From contig JBFWNL010000011.1 in assembly GCA_050251055.1 (NCBI GenBank), positions 1 through 64,000 of the forward strand: a stretch of DNA of 64,000 nt. The letters are read 5' to 3'. Both the position numbers and the translations under genes were made by a program. This document shows, piece after piece, positions 10,869 to 20,596 of this stretch. Positions within the stretch are counted from its first letter, which is position 1; the number at the start of each line of letters is the position of its first letter. Under the pieces are notes generated by a model. That model worked only from the letters and a program-made list of their open reading frames with translations. It did no database searches and had not been told where the DNA came from. The DNA is from Bacteriovoracia bacterium (GTDB taxonomy: Bacteria; Bdellovibrionota; UBA1018; JBFWNL01).

Positions 10869-12215
10869 CTATTGGCAAAAGAAACTGCAGGCAATCGAGC
10901 TTCGATGAGTCCGGGCCACGATGCCGTACCACTGCTGATTCCCCAAGGGGCCCGCATACGCGACCTGGCAGTCCCCGCTGTTTCCGTTCTTGCCTCGCGA
11001 AGGCAGACCGTTGGTTTGAGTGTGGTAGGTAGCTACGAAACAAACATTCGGCGTGAACGGAACGGACGCGGCAGGCGTCCCCACGAGCGAGGCGGGCGCG
11101 ACCACATGCAGGCCGGCTTCCGGATTGTCTCGATGCAACCAAATACGGTGACGTTCATAGCCGAACGCTTCGCAGTGAGTGTTCCCATGGGGGTTGGTCG
11201 GCGTACCCGGTACCGGGAAATCAGAATCCCCGCACTGGGCATTAGGATCCCACACGCCCGCCCGGTAATTCCGCTCAAACACGCGCATGGGAGGATCGTT
11301 GTTCGTCATCGGAATGCGGTGAAATTCCCCGAGCCCGTTCGGGGGAAACTGCCCGCTCGGGTCATCGACGGCAATCTTCCAATTCACCGAATTACCGGGC
11401 GCCGGAGGAACCGGATCGTCATTGCCCGGACATTGCTCGTACCAAGGAATGCCCCGCACATAGTCGTTTGGCCCATCTTTGCAGTTAAAACGCGCGCTAA
11501 ACGTGCGCGATTGCCAAACCACCGGCGCCGGGGTGGAAACCCGGCACGGAGGCACCGCGCCCGCCTGGTAGACGCCACCCAAGAGATTCACGCAAGTGTG
11601 CTCATCCTGGCTGGCGACCAGTGGACGAGAGGAGCACTTCAGCACGCGACGAAACTGGCCTCCGGTCCCGTTCGGCTCGGCCTGTACCGTGAGATCAAAC
11701 TCGCGCGCGAAACTGGGCGAGCCGATCGCGTCTTTCATATCCCGCTGGGCAACCACGTAGAGCTTGGCGCCAAACTGATGCAGCTCAGTAGGTACACCAT
11801 TGAGTGGCGTAGTAATCAATCCATCGTCTCTCACGAACCGAAGCTCCAGCACGGGAAAGCGCCAGCCTTGCCGCCGAAAAGCTTCCTCACTCGAAACCAC
11901 TTTCTCGCCACCGAGCAAAACGGCATAGACGGGGGCCGACGCCTGCGGCCAGCCACTTCCCAGCCGTAAATGCAAAACGGAGTTTCCGTACAGGCCCCGC
12001 AAGGATGCCGCGCACGTGGCTTCATTTTGCAGTGCTTGCAAAACAGAGTTCGAGGCATTGGTCCAATCGAACTCTTGGGCCACCGAGCGAGACAGTTTGA
12101 AAGTGTGCGTACCGGCGGATAGCAACCCCTGCAGCACCACCCCTAGCACCAGGAGCGCGACCATCGCGCCCACCAAGGTGAACCCTCGCGATAAACGTTC
12201 GTTCTCCATAACCAC
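10869..12215 (-). CDS. Prepilin-type (minor pilin/pseudopilin-like) protein with Cys-rich C-terminal domain
   Basis: SRG|FTLVGAMVALLVLGVV class III signal; many C-terminal Cys; SD GGAGAGGG. Confidence 0.75.
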   Translation of the reverse strand: MVMENERLSRGFTLVGAMVALLVLGVVLQGLLSAGTHTFKLSRSVAQEFDWTNASNSVLQALQNEATCAASLRGLYGNSVLHLRLGSGWPQASAPVYAVLLGGEKVVSSEEAFRRQGWRFPVLELRFVRDDGLITTPLNGVPTELHQFGAKLYVVAQRDMKDAIGSPSFAREFDLTVQAEPNGTGGQFRRVLKCSSRPLVASQDEHTCVNLLGGVYQAGAVPPCRVSTPAPVVWQSRTFSARFNCKDGPNDYVRGIPWYEQCPGNDDPVPPAPGNSVNWKIAVDDPSGQFPPNGLGEFHRIPMTNNDPPMRVFERNYRAGVWDPNAQCGDSDFPVPGTPTNPHGNTHCEAFGYERHRIWLHRDNPEAGLHVVAPASLVGTPAASVPFTPNVCFVATYHTQTNGLPSRGKNGNSGDCQVAYAGPLGNQQWYGIVARTHRSSIACSFFCQ

Positions 12216-12391
12216 TACCCTCTCCGCACGAGGATAGCTTTGTTGACCAATTTAATCAAACAAAATAAACAAATACAATTCAATATTGAATCTATTTATT
12301 TAATAAATATATTTAATTACAATTAGTTATATAAATATATAAATTTAAAATAATTAAATTGTAGCCAATACTCCACTTGGCGGTGGAGACG

Positions 12392-12697
12392 TCACTCCTT
12401 CACCTGGGAACAGAGACAGCCGAACTCGCCATGGGGAACCCGCGGGGAAGGAGGGGTACGATCGCAGCGCGAATCGTTCTCGCTCGCTCGGATCAGCCTC
12501 ATCTCCATCATCTTACAGGCGCGCCAGCATTCGTTGGCGTCGGGGGCACAGAGAAAAACTGCGATCTTCGGCGCACACGTCACCGGATCACAACGCTTCA
12601 ACACTTCCACGGCATGCCCTGAAGAAGCGAAAAACACTCCAAAAACGAGAAAAATTAAGCGGGGAAAAACGCGGAAAGAATCGGAGAAAAAAACCAT
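12392..12697 (-). CDS. Small secreted 8-cysteine peptide (101-aa precursor)
   Basis: GGAG SD before ATG 12697; signal LIFLVFGVFFASSGHA|VEV; eight Cys in mature part. Confidence 0.6.
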   Translation of the reverse strand: MVFFSDSFRVFPRLIFLVFGVFFASSGHAVEVLKRCDPVTCAPKIAVFLCAPDANECWRACKMMEMRLIRASENDSRCDRTPPSPRVPHGEFGCLCSQVKE

Positions 12698-12775
12698 GAC
12701 TGGCTCCAAAGCAAACGCCCGTATCTTTCTTTCCGAGGGCACCTTCGCATTTCATACTGTTTTAGTCAATTTATT

Positions 12776-15772
12776 TTAGGCGGCCACGCGCAACTTCATC
12801 CAACGCGCCAACACCTCGGCGAGAACTTCTTTCTTAATCGGCTTGGAGACATAGTCATCCATACCGGCCTCCAGGCAGAGATCCCGGTCATCTTTCATGG
12901 CGTTCGCGGTAAGCGCGACAATGGGAATTCTCCGACCACTACCGGCCTCCCACTTACGAATGAGCCGCGTGGCCTCGAAGCCGTCCATCTCCGGCATCTG
13001 GCAATCCATGAGCACGAGATCGTATGGATTTTTCATTACGGCATCGTACGCTTCCCGCCCGTTGGCCACGGCCTGGGCGGAGTAACCCATTTTCTTGAGC
13101 ATCGTTAAAGCAAGGAGCTGATTCACGGAGTTATCTTCCACCACCAAAACACGGCCAGATTCGGCCCCTCCGACACGGGGGATGCCCTCGGGATGAGCCT
13201 TCGCTAGCGGCGCTCCCCCCTTCACCCCGGTCACCTCCAGCAAAAGATTGTACAAATCCGACTGCTTGATGGGCTTCGTGAGATAGCCTGCGAATCCCGC
13301 CGCCCGGGCCTGTTGCGCTTGCCCACTTTGGTCGTACGCCGTCACCATGATGAGACGAGCTCCCGCCAAGCGGGAGTCAGCGCGAATTTCGGCCGCCACC
13401 TCGAAACCATCCCTACCCGGCATGCGTCGGTCAATGACGATTACCTCGTAGGGTTGCCCCTCGTCGGCGGCCCGGCGTAGCTCGCCCAAAGCGGGCCCGG
13501 CTGCCTCCACGACCGTAGGCGCCATTCTCCACTTCATCAAATACGCCGCCAGAATCGCTCCGGCTACGGGATCATCGTCCACGACGAGCACCCGCAAACC
13601 CTCCCAGGTCGGCGATATCGGCTCAAGCCCTCCACCGGCCTCCTTGCGCGCAACGAAACCCAACGTGAAATGAAACGTGGATCCCCGGCCCGGCTCGCTC
13701 TCGGCCACCAACTGGCCTCCCATCAGATCCACCAGTCGACGCGAGATCGATAACCCCAAGCCCGTGCCCCCGTACTTACGCGCGGTGGATCCATCGGCCT
13801 GCGTAAACGGACTGAACAGGCGGGCGCCGACCTCGGGCGTGAAACCAATGCCCGTGTCCTCGATACTAAAACGAACCGAGCAACCAACATCCCCCGCGGA
13901 CAAGAGTTCGGCCCGCACCGTGATCTTGCCCGTCTCGGTAAACTTCAGGGCGTTCCCAACGAGATTGAGCAGCACCTGCCCTAAGCGGCCGGGATCCCCC
14001 TTCAGTTGCGCAGGAATCTGCGGATCCACGAACGTCATTAATGCCAGGCCCTTCTCCGCGGCTTTCGTCCGCAGCAGATCGGCCTGGGCCTCGATCAGAC
14101 TGACTAGGCTGAAGTCGATCGACTCGAGATCGAGCTTCCCCGCCTCGATCTTGGAAAAATCCAGGATGTCATTAATGATGGTCATCAGGCCCGCGCCGGA
14201 ATCGCGCAGTACGCGCGCATACCTCTTCTGCTGAGGGTCTAGGTGCCCATCGAGCAACAAGTCGGTCATGCCTAAAATTCCGTTTAGCGGAGTACGAATC
14301 TCGTGACTCATGTTGGCCAGGAACTGCGACTTGGCCTCGGCAGCACGCATAGCGCTTTCCTTCGCCCGCTCCAGCTCCGCGGCGGCGCGCGCCTTTTCCG
14401 TGACGTCGGAGACCAGTGCCATGTACCCATTTACCTCGTCGCGTTCATTTACTAACGCGATCGCGGAAACCGCCGCCTTGATTGCCGATCCGTCCTTACG
14501 TACCCGATCCACTTCCATCTCCACCCGGCGCCGGGTCCGCTTCATCTCCTCGAAGACCGCCAGCGACTGCTCGCGCTTGTCCGCCGGCACGTAAGGCAGT
14601 GGCCGTCCCAGCACCTCGTCCCGTTTCCAACCGAAGATCCGTTCGCAGGCCGGATTCCAGAGCGTGAGATTTCGATCTAGATCGAATGCCATGATGGCCA
14701 CCGGCGCCGAATCCACGAGCATGGTAAGCGTGCGCGTAATCAGCTGCAATTCTTCTTCGGCGTGTTTACGCTCGGTCACGTCGATCATCTGACTGAGCAC
14801 CGCCGAAGGCCGGCCTTGGTCATCGCGTATCGTGCTCACCCCGACGTGCACGCTCAACCGGCGCCGGCTCTGTTTGGTGAAAAGCTCGACCTCGCGCTGA
14901 AAGGCGTCGAGTTTGCCGGAAAAGACCTCTCCCATGGACTGCGTGAAGTCAGCTACGTATTCGGGCGCCATCACCGTCGCGCGCTCGGCCCGAATCAATT
15001 CGTTCGGCCCAAACTCCAACAGCCGGTCCATGGTGGCGTTCGTACGCTGCCACTTTCCCTGGGGTGTGGCCAACGCCATGCCGATCGGCGCGCGATCGAA
15101 GATCGTCTGAAAATATCGGTCGCTCTTGCGCCGCAAACGTTGATCGCGGGCAACCACGAAGGCACTCCCGCCAAGCAGGAGAAACGCGGCGGCTCCACCT
15201 AAGGCGGCGATCCACATCGCCCATAGCCCCGTCGCCTGGGCGTTTTCCGCCCGGAGCTTCAGGAGACGCTCTTCCTCCTGCACCATTTCCTGAAATACTT
15301 GCTTGATTTCTTCGTCCAGTCGCTTGCCTTGAGTTTCCCGGATCTTGGTCTGTAGGCCGGCGAATCCCTTTCGGCGCAAGATCTCCAAGTTCGCGTCCCA
15401 ACGGGCCAAGCGGGCCTGAAACAAGTCCTTCAGATGGGCGACTCTTTGATACTGGCGCGGGTTATCCGCGGTTAATCGTCGAACCTGCTCCAAAGTAGGC
15501 GAAAGCGCTTCGACCGCCCCCCGATACTTGGCTTGATAGTAATCCTGCCCACTGAGGAAGTAACCCCGTTGGTAGGTCTGGGCGCTCATCAGCAAAGACG
15601 AAAGCTTTTCGATATCTCCCCGAAGCTCCAAGGTATGCGCGACCCAGCCGCTGCGGTCCACGAGCGCGCGCACGGTGAAAAACGCGCTCCCGCCCATGCA
15701 CAGGATCAACACCCCGGCGACGCCGAATCCAATATTGGTTTTAAGTTGGGTGCTGAACCCAGTACGCGCCAT
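12776..15772 (-). CDS. Hybrid sensor histidine kinase CHASE3-PAS-PAS-HisKA-HATPase-REC-REC
   Basis: TM, CHASE3 (WVAHT...QRGYFLSG...LTADNPRQ), two PAS, SHEIRTPLNG, GDPGRLGQVLLNLVGNALKFT, two receivers; start placed at MARTG after AGAGG SD. Confidence 0.93.
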   Translation of the reverse strand: MARTGFSTQLKTNIGFGVAGVLILCMGGSAFFTVRALVDRSGWVAHTLELRGDIEKLSSLLMSAQTYQRGYFLSGQDYYQAKYRGAVEALSPTLEQVRRLTADNPRQYQRVAHLKDLFQARLARWDANLEILRRKGFAGLQTKIRETQGKRLDEEIKQVFQEMVQEEERLLKLRAENAQATGLWAMWIAALGGAAAFLLLGGSAFVVARDQRLRRKSDRYFQTIFDRAPIGMALATPQGKWQRTNATMDRLLEFGPNELIRAERATVMAPEYVADFTQSMGEVFSGKLDAFQREVELFTKQSRRRLSVHVGVSTIRDDQGRPSAVLSQMIDVTERKHAEEELQLITRTLTMLVDSAPVAIMAFDLDRNLTLWNPACERIFGWKRDEVLGRPLPYVPADKREQSLAVFEEMKRTRRRVEMEVDRVRKDGSAIKAAVSAIALVNERDEVNGYMALVSDVTEKARAAAELERAKESAMRAAEAKSQFLANMSHEIRTPLNGILGMTDLLLDGHLDPQQKRYARVLRDSGAGLMTIINDILDFSKIEAGKLDLESIDFSLVSLIEAQADLLRTKAAEKGLALMTFVDPQIPAQLKGDPGRLGQVLLNLVGNALKFTETGKITVRAELLSAGDVGCSVRFSIEDTGIGFTPEVGARLFSPFTQADGSTARKYGGTGLGLSISRRLVDLMGGQLVAESEPGRGSTFHFTLGFVARKEAGGGLEPISPTWEGLRVLVVDDDPVAGAILAAYLMKWRMAPTVVEAAGPALGELRRAADEGQPYEVIVIDRRMPGRDGFEVAAEIRADSRLAGARLIMVTAYDQSGQAQQARAAGFAGYLTKPIKQSDLYNLLLEVTGVKGGAPLAKAHPEGIPRVGGAESGRVLVVEDNSVNQLLALTMLKKMGYSAQAVANGREAYDAVMKNPYDLVLMDCQMPEMDGFEATRLIRKWEAGSGRRIPIVALTANAMKDDRDLCLEAGMDDYVSKPIKKEVLAEVLARWMKLRVAA

Positions 15773-16078
15773 GACCTCTACTTTTCGGTACTTTGCCGGC
15801 AAAAGTTCAGGATCCGTCAAGAAACGTCAAAAAATCGGCACCCCAGGTTCTCGAGTGTCAAGAATCCATGAAACAGCGCCGAACTTCGGTCTATTTGTAA
15901 ACGGGACCTAACGTCTGGCTAATTCCTGGCCCACATATGGGGCCTATTCTGAATTCAAGGAACCAGAGATATGAATTACATCCCATTCAAATACATCCAA
16001 GCCGTCTTCTTGATTAGCTTGCACGTGGCTTTCTCTGGTTCCACCCAATCGGCCTTCGACCCGCCGATGGTTTCCACC

Positions 16079-16116
16079 AAAAAAGCGGGGGCGGCGCGAC
16101 CATTCGCCGCCCCCGC
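16079..16116 (-). terminator. Intrinsic terminator downstream of the OmpR-type gene
   Basis: Perfect 12-bp stem GCGGGGGCGGCG/CGCCGCCCCCGC, 8-nt loop, T6 on the minus strand. Confidence 0.8.
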
Positions 16117-16161
16117 ACCAAAGAAAACGGTGGTAATGGGCACGCGAGGTTAAAAATAAAC

Positions 16162-16860
16162 TCAGCTTCCGCCCTTGGCAAAGCGATAACCCGTGCCGTG
16201 CACCGACAGAATCTTGTAGGCGCTCGCGGAAATTTTTTTGCGTAGGTTACTGACGTGCATATCGACCGTCCGGTCAAAAACCTCCGAGGCATTTCCCCAA
16301 ACCGCGTTCAGCAGCTGATCGCGCGTAAAGACCTGGTCTTCGAAGCGCAGGAAGTGGAAGAGCAGCTTGAACTCCACCGGCGTGAGATCGATTGGGTGAT
16401 CCCTGCCTTCGCGCACGAGTGCCGCGCGCTGCAAGGAGATACTCAGCTTGAGGTCTCCTTTGCAAAGGTGCATCTCGCGATCCTTGCGCTTGGAAATTTG
16501 CCGCAAGCGCGCGTCCACTCGGGCCCGCAGGCGCGCTGGTTCGATTGGTTTGTGGATGTAATCCTCCGCACCTAGGGAAAACCCCATTACTTCGCGAGGC
16601 GCATCCTGGCTGCCGGTCACGAAAATCACCGGAATGTCCTTGGTGTGGTCCTGGGTTTGGAGCTTGGCGAAGAGGGATAGACCGTCGCCGTCCGGCAGAT
16701 GAATATCGAGGAGAATGAGGTCAAAACTGCCCTTGTCCAGTGCCTGCTCGGCCTCTTTGATCGTGAAGGCCTGGACCACCGAGTACTGTTCCGAAAAAAC
16801 TTGGTTCATCACGTGTTGATGATCAGCAGCATCATCAACCACGAGAATTCGCGGTTGCAA
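16162..16860 (-). CDS. OmpR/PhoB-family response regulator
   Basis: REC LLDIHLPDGDG; winged helix LTPVEFKLL...FDRTVDMHVSNLRKKI...VHGTGYRF; AGGAGG SD before TTG. Confidence 0.93.
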   Translation of the reverse strand: MQPRILVVDDAADHQHVMNQVFSEQYSVVQAFTIKEAEQALDKGSFDLILLDIHLPDGDGLSLFAKLQTQDHTKDIPVIFVTGSQDAPREVMGFSLGAEDYIHKPIEPARLRARVDARLRQISKRKDREMHLCKGDLKLSISLQRAALVREGRDHPIDLTPVEFKLLFHFLRFEDQVFTRDQLLNAVWGNASEVFDRTVDMHVSNLRKKISASAYKILSVHGTGYRFAKGGS

Positions 16861-17011
16861 ATTCGCACCTCCTCCTATTTTCTAAACTGAACCACACGGT
16901 CTTTGTAGTTAAGAATCCTTTACCCAGATTCTCTCCTCGCCGAAGAATGGGGCCAACCATTTGACATCGAGGGTGCTTGCCGCGGATCCTGGTTGGGCTT
17001 ACGCTGAAGGC

Positions 17012-17380
17012 ATGGGAAATCCTTACACCGTCATCGACGAAGCCGCGATCACCACCCTCAAAGAGCTCGACGACGGTCAGCCCGCCACGCTCCTCCAGCT
17101 TCTCGATCTATTCTTCGAGGTGACCCCAAAAAAACTGGAAGCTATTGGCCAAGCCATCCGCGCCGGTGACGCCAAGACCGTTTTCACGGAAGCGCACGGC
17201 TTGAAATCCAGCTGCCGCTATGTAGGCGCGCTCACCATGGCGAACCTGTGCGAGAAACTCGAATCGATGGGCAAGCAAGGGGAGCTCACCGACGCTCCCA
17301 TTTGGTTCAAAGACCTCGAGCGGGAGGCCGGGACGGTTTTCGTCGCCCTCAAGGAAATTCACGCCCAAAATAAAGCCTAA
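17012..17380 (+). CDS. Hpt phosphotransfer protein
   Basis: EAHGLKSSCRYVGA Hpt motif; TTGCCG-N17-TACGCT-N6-ATG upstream. Confidence 0.9.
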   Translation: MGNPYTVIDEAAITTLKELDDGQPATLLQLLDLFFEVTPKKLEAIGQAIRAGDAKTVFTEAHGLKSSCRYVGALTMANLCEKLESMGKQGELTDAPIWFKDLEREAGTVFVALKEIHAQNKA

Positions 17381-17453
17381 AAGCAGGCCCGGAACCAAAA
17401 AAAGAACGGCCTTTTCGTCGGGGCGGCTTTCATTTACAATTTCCGTTGCCGCC

Positions 17454-18140
17454 ATGCAGAAATCTAAAAAGACCATTCTTGTGATCGACGACAGCGCGGA
17501 TAGCCGGCTGATGATCCGTAAAGTTTTGGAGGCGGCCGGCCTTAGCGTGCACGAGGCCGACAATCTCTCCTCCGGCTTTGCCGCCACCCAAGCGGCGGCG
17601 CCCCACCTGATTGTCCTGGATCTGATCTTGGCCCAAGAAACTGGCTTCGAATTTCTGGAACGCCGCGCCAAAGACTCTAGACTCTCCACGGTGCCGGTCC
17701 TCGTCGTAAGCGGCCTAAAAGATCAACCCTCGGTCTATAAGGCTATCGTCCTGGGGGCGAATGACTATCTCACGAAGCCAATCGACTCGCGTACCTTGGT
17801 GCAGAAAACGTGGAAGTTGCTGCGGGACCGCCGTTTTGCGCGCGTGGAATTTCCCCCCAAGGAACAACCTACGGTCCAGGCATCGGTGGCCGGGCAAATC
17901 CTCATGGCCAACGAAGTGGGCTTCTTGATCGAGTTGCCAATGAAGCTAGCCGGAGGCACCCAGCTCAACATCCGCTCCAAGCTGCTTACCGATCTGGCCT
18001 GCGAGGATAGCGTTTTTCAAAAAACGGAGAACCTTCCCCGACCCACCGAACCCGGGCGGTACCTGAACGAAGTGGCGGCGATCGGCCTGAGTCAAGCGAC
18101 CATAGATCGCATCCGCAAGCTCGTGCGGGGCTGGAAATGA
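17454..18140 (+). CDS. Response regulator, REC plus PilZ-like C-terminal domain
   Basis: ILVIDDS, LDLIL, KP; then RRFAR and ANEVG beta-rich segment. Confidence 0.8.
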   Translation: MQKSKKTILVIDDSADSRLMIRKVLEAAGLSVHEADNLSSGFAATQAAAPHLIVLDLILAQETGFEFLERRAKDSRLSTVPVLVVSGLKDQPSVYKAIVLGANDYLTKPIDSRTLVQKTWKLLRDRRFARVEFPPKEQPTVQASVAGQILMANEVGFLIELPMKLAGGTQLNIRSKLLTDLACEDSVFQKTENLPRPTEPGRYLNEVAAIGLSQATIDRIRKLVRGWK

Positions 18141-18853
18141 GCTTACCTGGCAAGCGCCCGCTCGCGCTCATCGTCGACGACCAGCCGGATCATTCGGCGA
18201 TTCTCGCCGCGGTACTTAAGAAATTCGGGATCGACTCGCAAGCCGTTACGACCGCGAAGGCATTTGTCGAAAAACTGCAGGAGCTGAGGCCAACGCTTTG
18301 CTTCGTCGACCTCAATCTCGACACCTTCGGGGTCGGGTTCAAAATCATCGAAGCCGTGCGTAAGGCGATGGGCGCAGGACCAATCCTTATCGTGGTCTCG
18401 GGCGTTTCCGACCAGAAAGCCACGGCCCATGCGATGGAAATCGGCGCCAACGATTTCATCGTGAAGCCGTTGGATCGCGACGTCCTCGCCTCGAAAATCT
18501 CCCGCTACGTAAAAACAGAAGAACTCCTGGCCGCGCAGCCCACGCTTTTTCCCGTCCCCGATGGCGGCTCGCCGGCGACCGTGCATTTCGAGATGGCCGT
18601 GCAGGAAGTCGAGGAATTCGGACTCCGGCTCGCCTGCAATCACCTACTCACTAAAGGGCTGGCCTTGCACCTGGACGGGGCGCTGATCCAAGAGATCACG
18701 GGCCGTGCTCGTCCCGCGCTTCTGACCATCACCTCGACCTGGATCGAGTCGTCAGAGTCCTTGCGTTACGGCGCCACCGCTGAATTCGACGCGAGCGACG
18801 ACGAGCTCATGACCGCCGTCCGGCGCTGGCTAAACGCCGCCGAAGCAAAGTAA
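18137..18853 (+). CDS. Response regulator, REC plus PilZ-like C-terminal domain
   Basis: ALIVDDQ, VDLNL, KP; EVEEFGLRL beta-rich segment; ATGA overlap with previous gene. Confidence 0.8.
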   Translation: MSLPGKRPLALIVDDQPDHSAILAAVLKKFGIDSQAVTTAKAFVEKLQELRPTLCFVDLNLDTFGVGFKIIEAVRKAMGAGPILIVVSGVSDQKATAHAMEIGANDFIVKPLDRDVLASKISRYVKTEELLAAQPTLFPVPDGGSPATVHFEMAVQEVEEFGLRLACNHLLTKGLALHLDGALIQEITGRARPALLTITSTWIESSESLRYGATAEFDASDDELMTAVRRWLNAAEAK

Positions 18854-19084
18854 AAAGCGCAATACTAAAGAAGTGTGTCGCCAGCGACCTCATTCCAGTA
18901 AACGCTCGCTCACAGCGATTCGCCCATCCGATCGATTTTCACCGCGCTACTCGATCACGGGTGAGAAACTGGACTCAAGTCACTTAAAGTTGTTAAGGCC
19001 GCGGCGAATTGCTTGAATTGTCTCAGTTATAAAAATTTGGTCCGCGGTCATAACCACGATAAAATATTGGGATAAAGAGGAATT

Positions 19085-19999
19085 ATGCGATCAGTTTGGG
19101 GCCTGCTGATTCTTTCCAGCTTCATCGGCGCGGGTTGCGCGCAAAAACCAAGCACTAGCATCACCGTCGTCGGCAACGCGACGGAGACGTTCGTCGCTCG
19201 CTTTGGCGCCGCGATGTGCGACGTGGTCGTGCGAAACACCGAGAGTGTGGTACGAACCTATTTCCTCGCACCCGACCCGAACGCGTTCCAGACGATTCGG
19301 CAGTCCTGCCTGGCTACGCTGGATGCGGCGGGGTCGGCGCAAGCCCTAGGTTTCCGCGCCGTAAATCCGCAACTCAGCCTGCGCGAACTGGACAATATGG
19401 AGCGTACGGGCCAAGTCGTGGTCCAGGATTTCGAGAAGGCCCGCGCCTGCGAGATCGCCGTGAAAGCGTCCGATCCGCAATCGCCGTATTTGCGCGATTC
19501 CATCCGCCACGCCTACGCCGATTGGTGGGAAACCCAGGCCACGAACGCCTGGCAAGGCAACGCCGACGCCGAGATCGAGATCACGCCGCTCGTTTGGCAA
19601 AGTATTGGGTATTTCGCCGAAAACATCGATCAGGTTTTCGACTACATGCAAACGGCTCCTCGTGAAGACGCCATGCTTCAACGTCTGCGTAACTACATGC
19701 GCACGTTCATGGCCCAGAACCCGCCCGAGCGCGTGAAAGCCGCCCGGGCCAACTGGTATAGCCTGGCGAGGAACTGCTTCGGTGTTTATAGCGCGGCCAA
19801 CGAAGATGGCGGTCAATCCGCGCCCGCTTCTCAGCCAAATCTAGGCAATGCTCTCGACTTGAATGGCATAGGCATGATTGACGACGGTCCCAGCGAAAAG
19901 GGCGGAAAACAGCTCGACCCGAAGCGAGCCGACGAAATCATTCCTGACCGCCAGGATGTCTTAGAGCCAACTTCCGTCGAGATCAAAGCTCCACGCTAA
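19085..19999 (+). CDS. Hypothetical lipoprotein
   Basis: Lipobox GAGC; AGAGG SD; four further Cys. Confidence 0.7.
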   Translation: MRSVWGLLILSSFIGAGCAQKPSTSITVVGNATETFVARFGAAMCDVVVRNTESVVRTYFLAPDPNAFQTIRQSCLATLDAAGSAQALGFRAVNPQLSLRELDNMERTGQVVVQDFEKARACEIAVKASDPQSPYLRDSIRHAYADWWETQATNAWQGNADAEIEITPLVWQSIGYFAENIDQVFDYMQTAPREDAMLQRLRNYMRTFMAQNPPERVKAARANWYSLARNCFGVYSAANEDGGQSAPASQPNLGNALDLNGIGMIDDGPSEKGGKQLDPKRADEIIPDRQDVLEPTSVEIKAPR

Positions 20000-20002
20000 C
20001 TT

Positions 20003-20596
20003 TCAAACACCGTCTCCCAGGGATGCCACGGATTTATTCTGATCGATGGACCACTTGTCCAGTGATCCTCCCACGCGCAATCGACCCGCGGCGACCGCCC
20101 GGAAGCGTAACGTCTGGACGGGGAGCTCCGAGAGCAGCGCCGCAGGCAGCATCAAGTCCGCCGACGCGTTACCACTCGTAAAGTTCCGGTTGGCGGCATA
20201 GAAGAACGTGCCCTCCCCGGGCGGCGCCACGGTGGCGCCGCAATAGGCGGTATTGGCCGGCGGCGAAGCCTGGGGTGGCCAACTGCGGGCAGCGTCGTCC
20301 GACCCGAGATACGCCGGCAGGCTAAACCCGATGGAATAGTAACGCGCAGTCGAATCGACCACCGAAAACCCGGCGAGATTCAGGCACGCCGAGTAACTTC
20401 CGCTGTCCATCCATACGGTCTGCTGGGAAAGGTAGAGCGATGCGAGCCCGATCTTCGCCTCCACCTGCCGGGCGCGCCGCGCTGATTTCTCGAAAGAAAC
20501 ATGCGCGAGCTGCGAGAGCAATCCAACGATGGCGACGACCACCATCAGCTCGATCAGGGTGAATCCGTCATGCCGTCTAAGGTTCGCTGAAAACAT
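20003..20596 (-). CDS. Type IVa pilin (PilA/PilE-like)
   Basis: HDG|FTLIELMVVVAIVGLL, ARQVEAK, C-terminal DKWSIDQNK; GGGAGG SD before ATG 20596; overlaps upstream gene by 20 nt. Confidence 0.88.
   Translation of the reverse strand: MFSANLRRHDGFTLIELMVVVAIVGLLSQLAHVSFEKSARRARQVEAKIGLASLYLSQQTVWMDSGSYSACLNLAGFSVVDSTARYYSIGFSLPAYLGSDDAARSWPPQASPPANTAYCGATVAPPGEGTFFYAANRNFTSGNASADLMLPAALLSELPVQTLRFRAVAAGRLRVGGSLDKWSIDQNKSVASLGDGV

Noticed and set aside
6609-12742. Genomic island integrated at tRNA-Thr
   Set aside because: No integrase and no direct att repeat seen; the accessory block lies 5' of the tRNA rather than beyond its 3' end
15821-16161. Riboswitch or the 60-aa ORF 15971..16153 in the kinase-regulator spacer
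   Set aside because: Main hairpin is explained as a terminator; no aptamer consensus recognised; the ORF runs through the terminator
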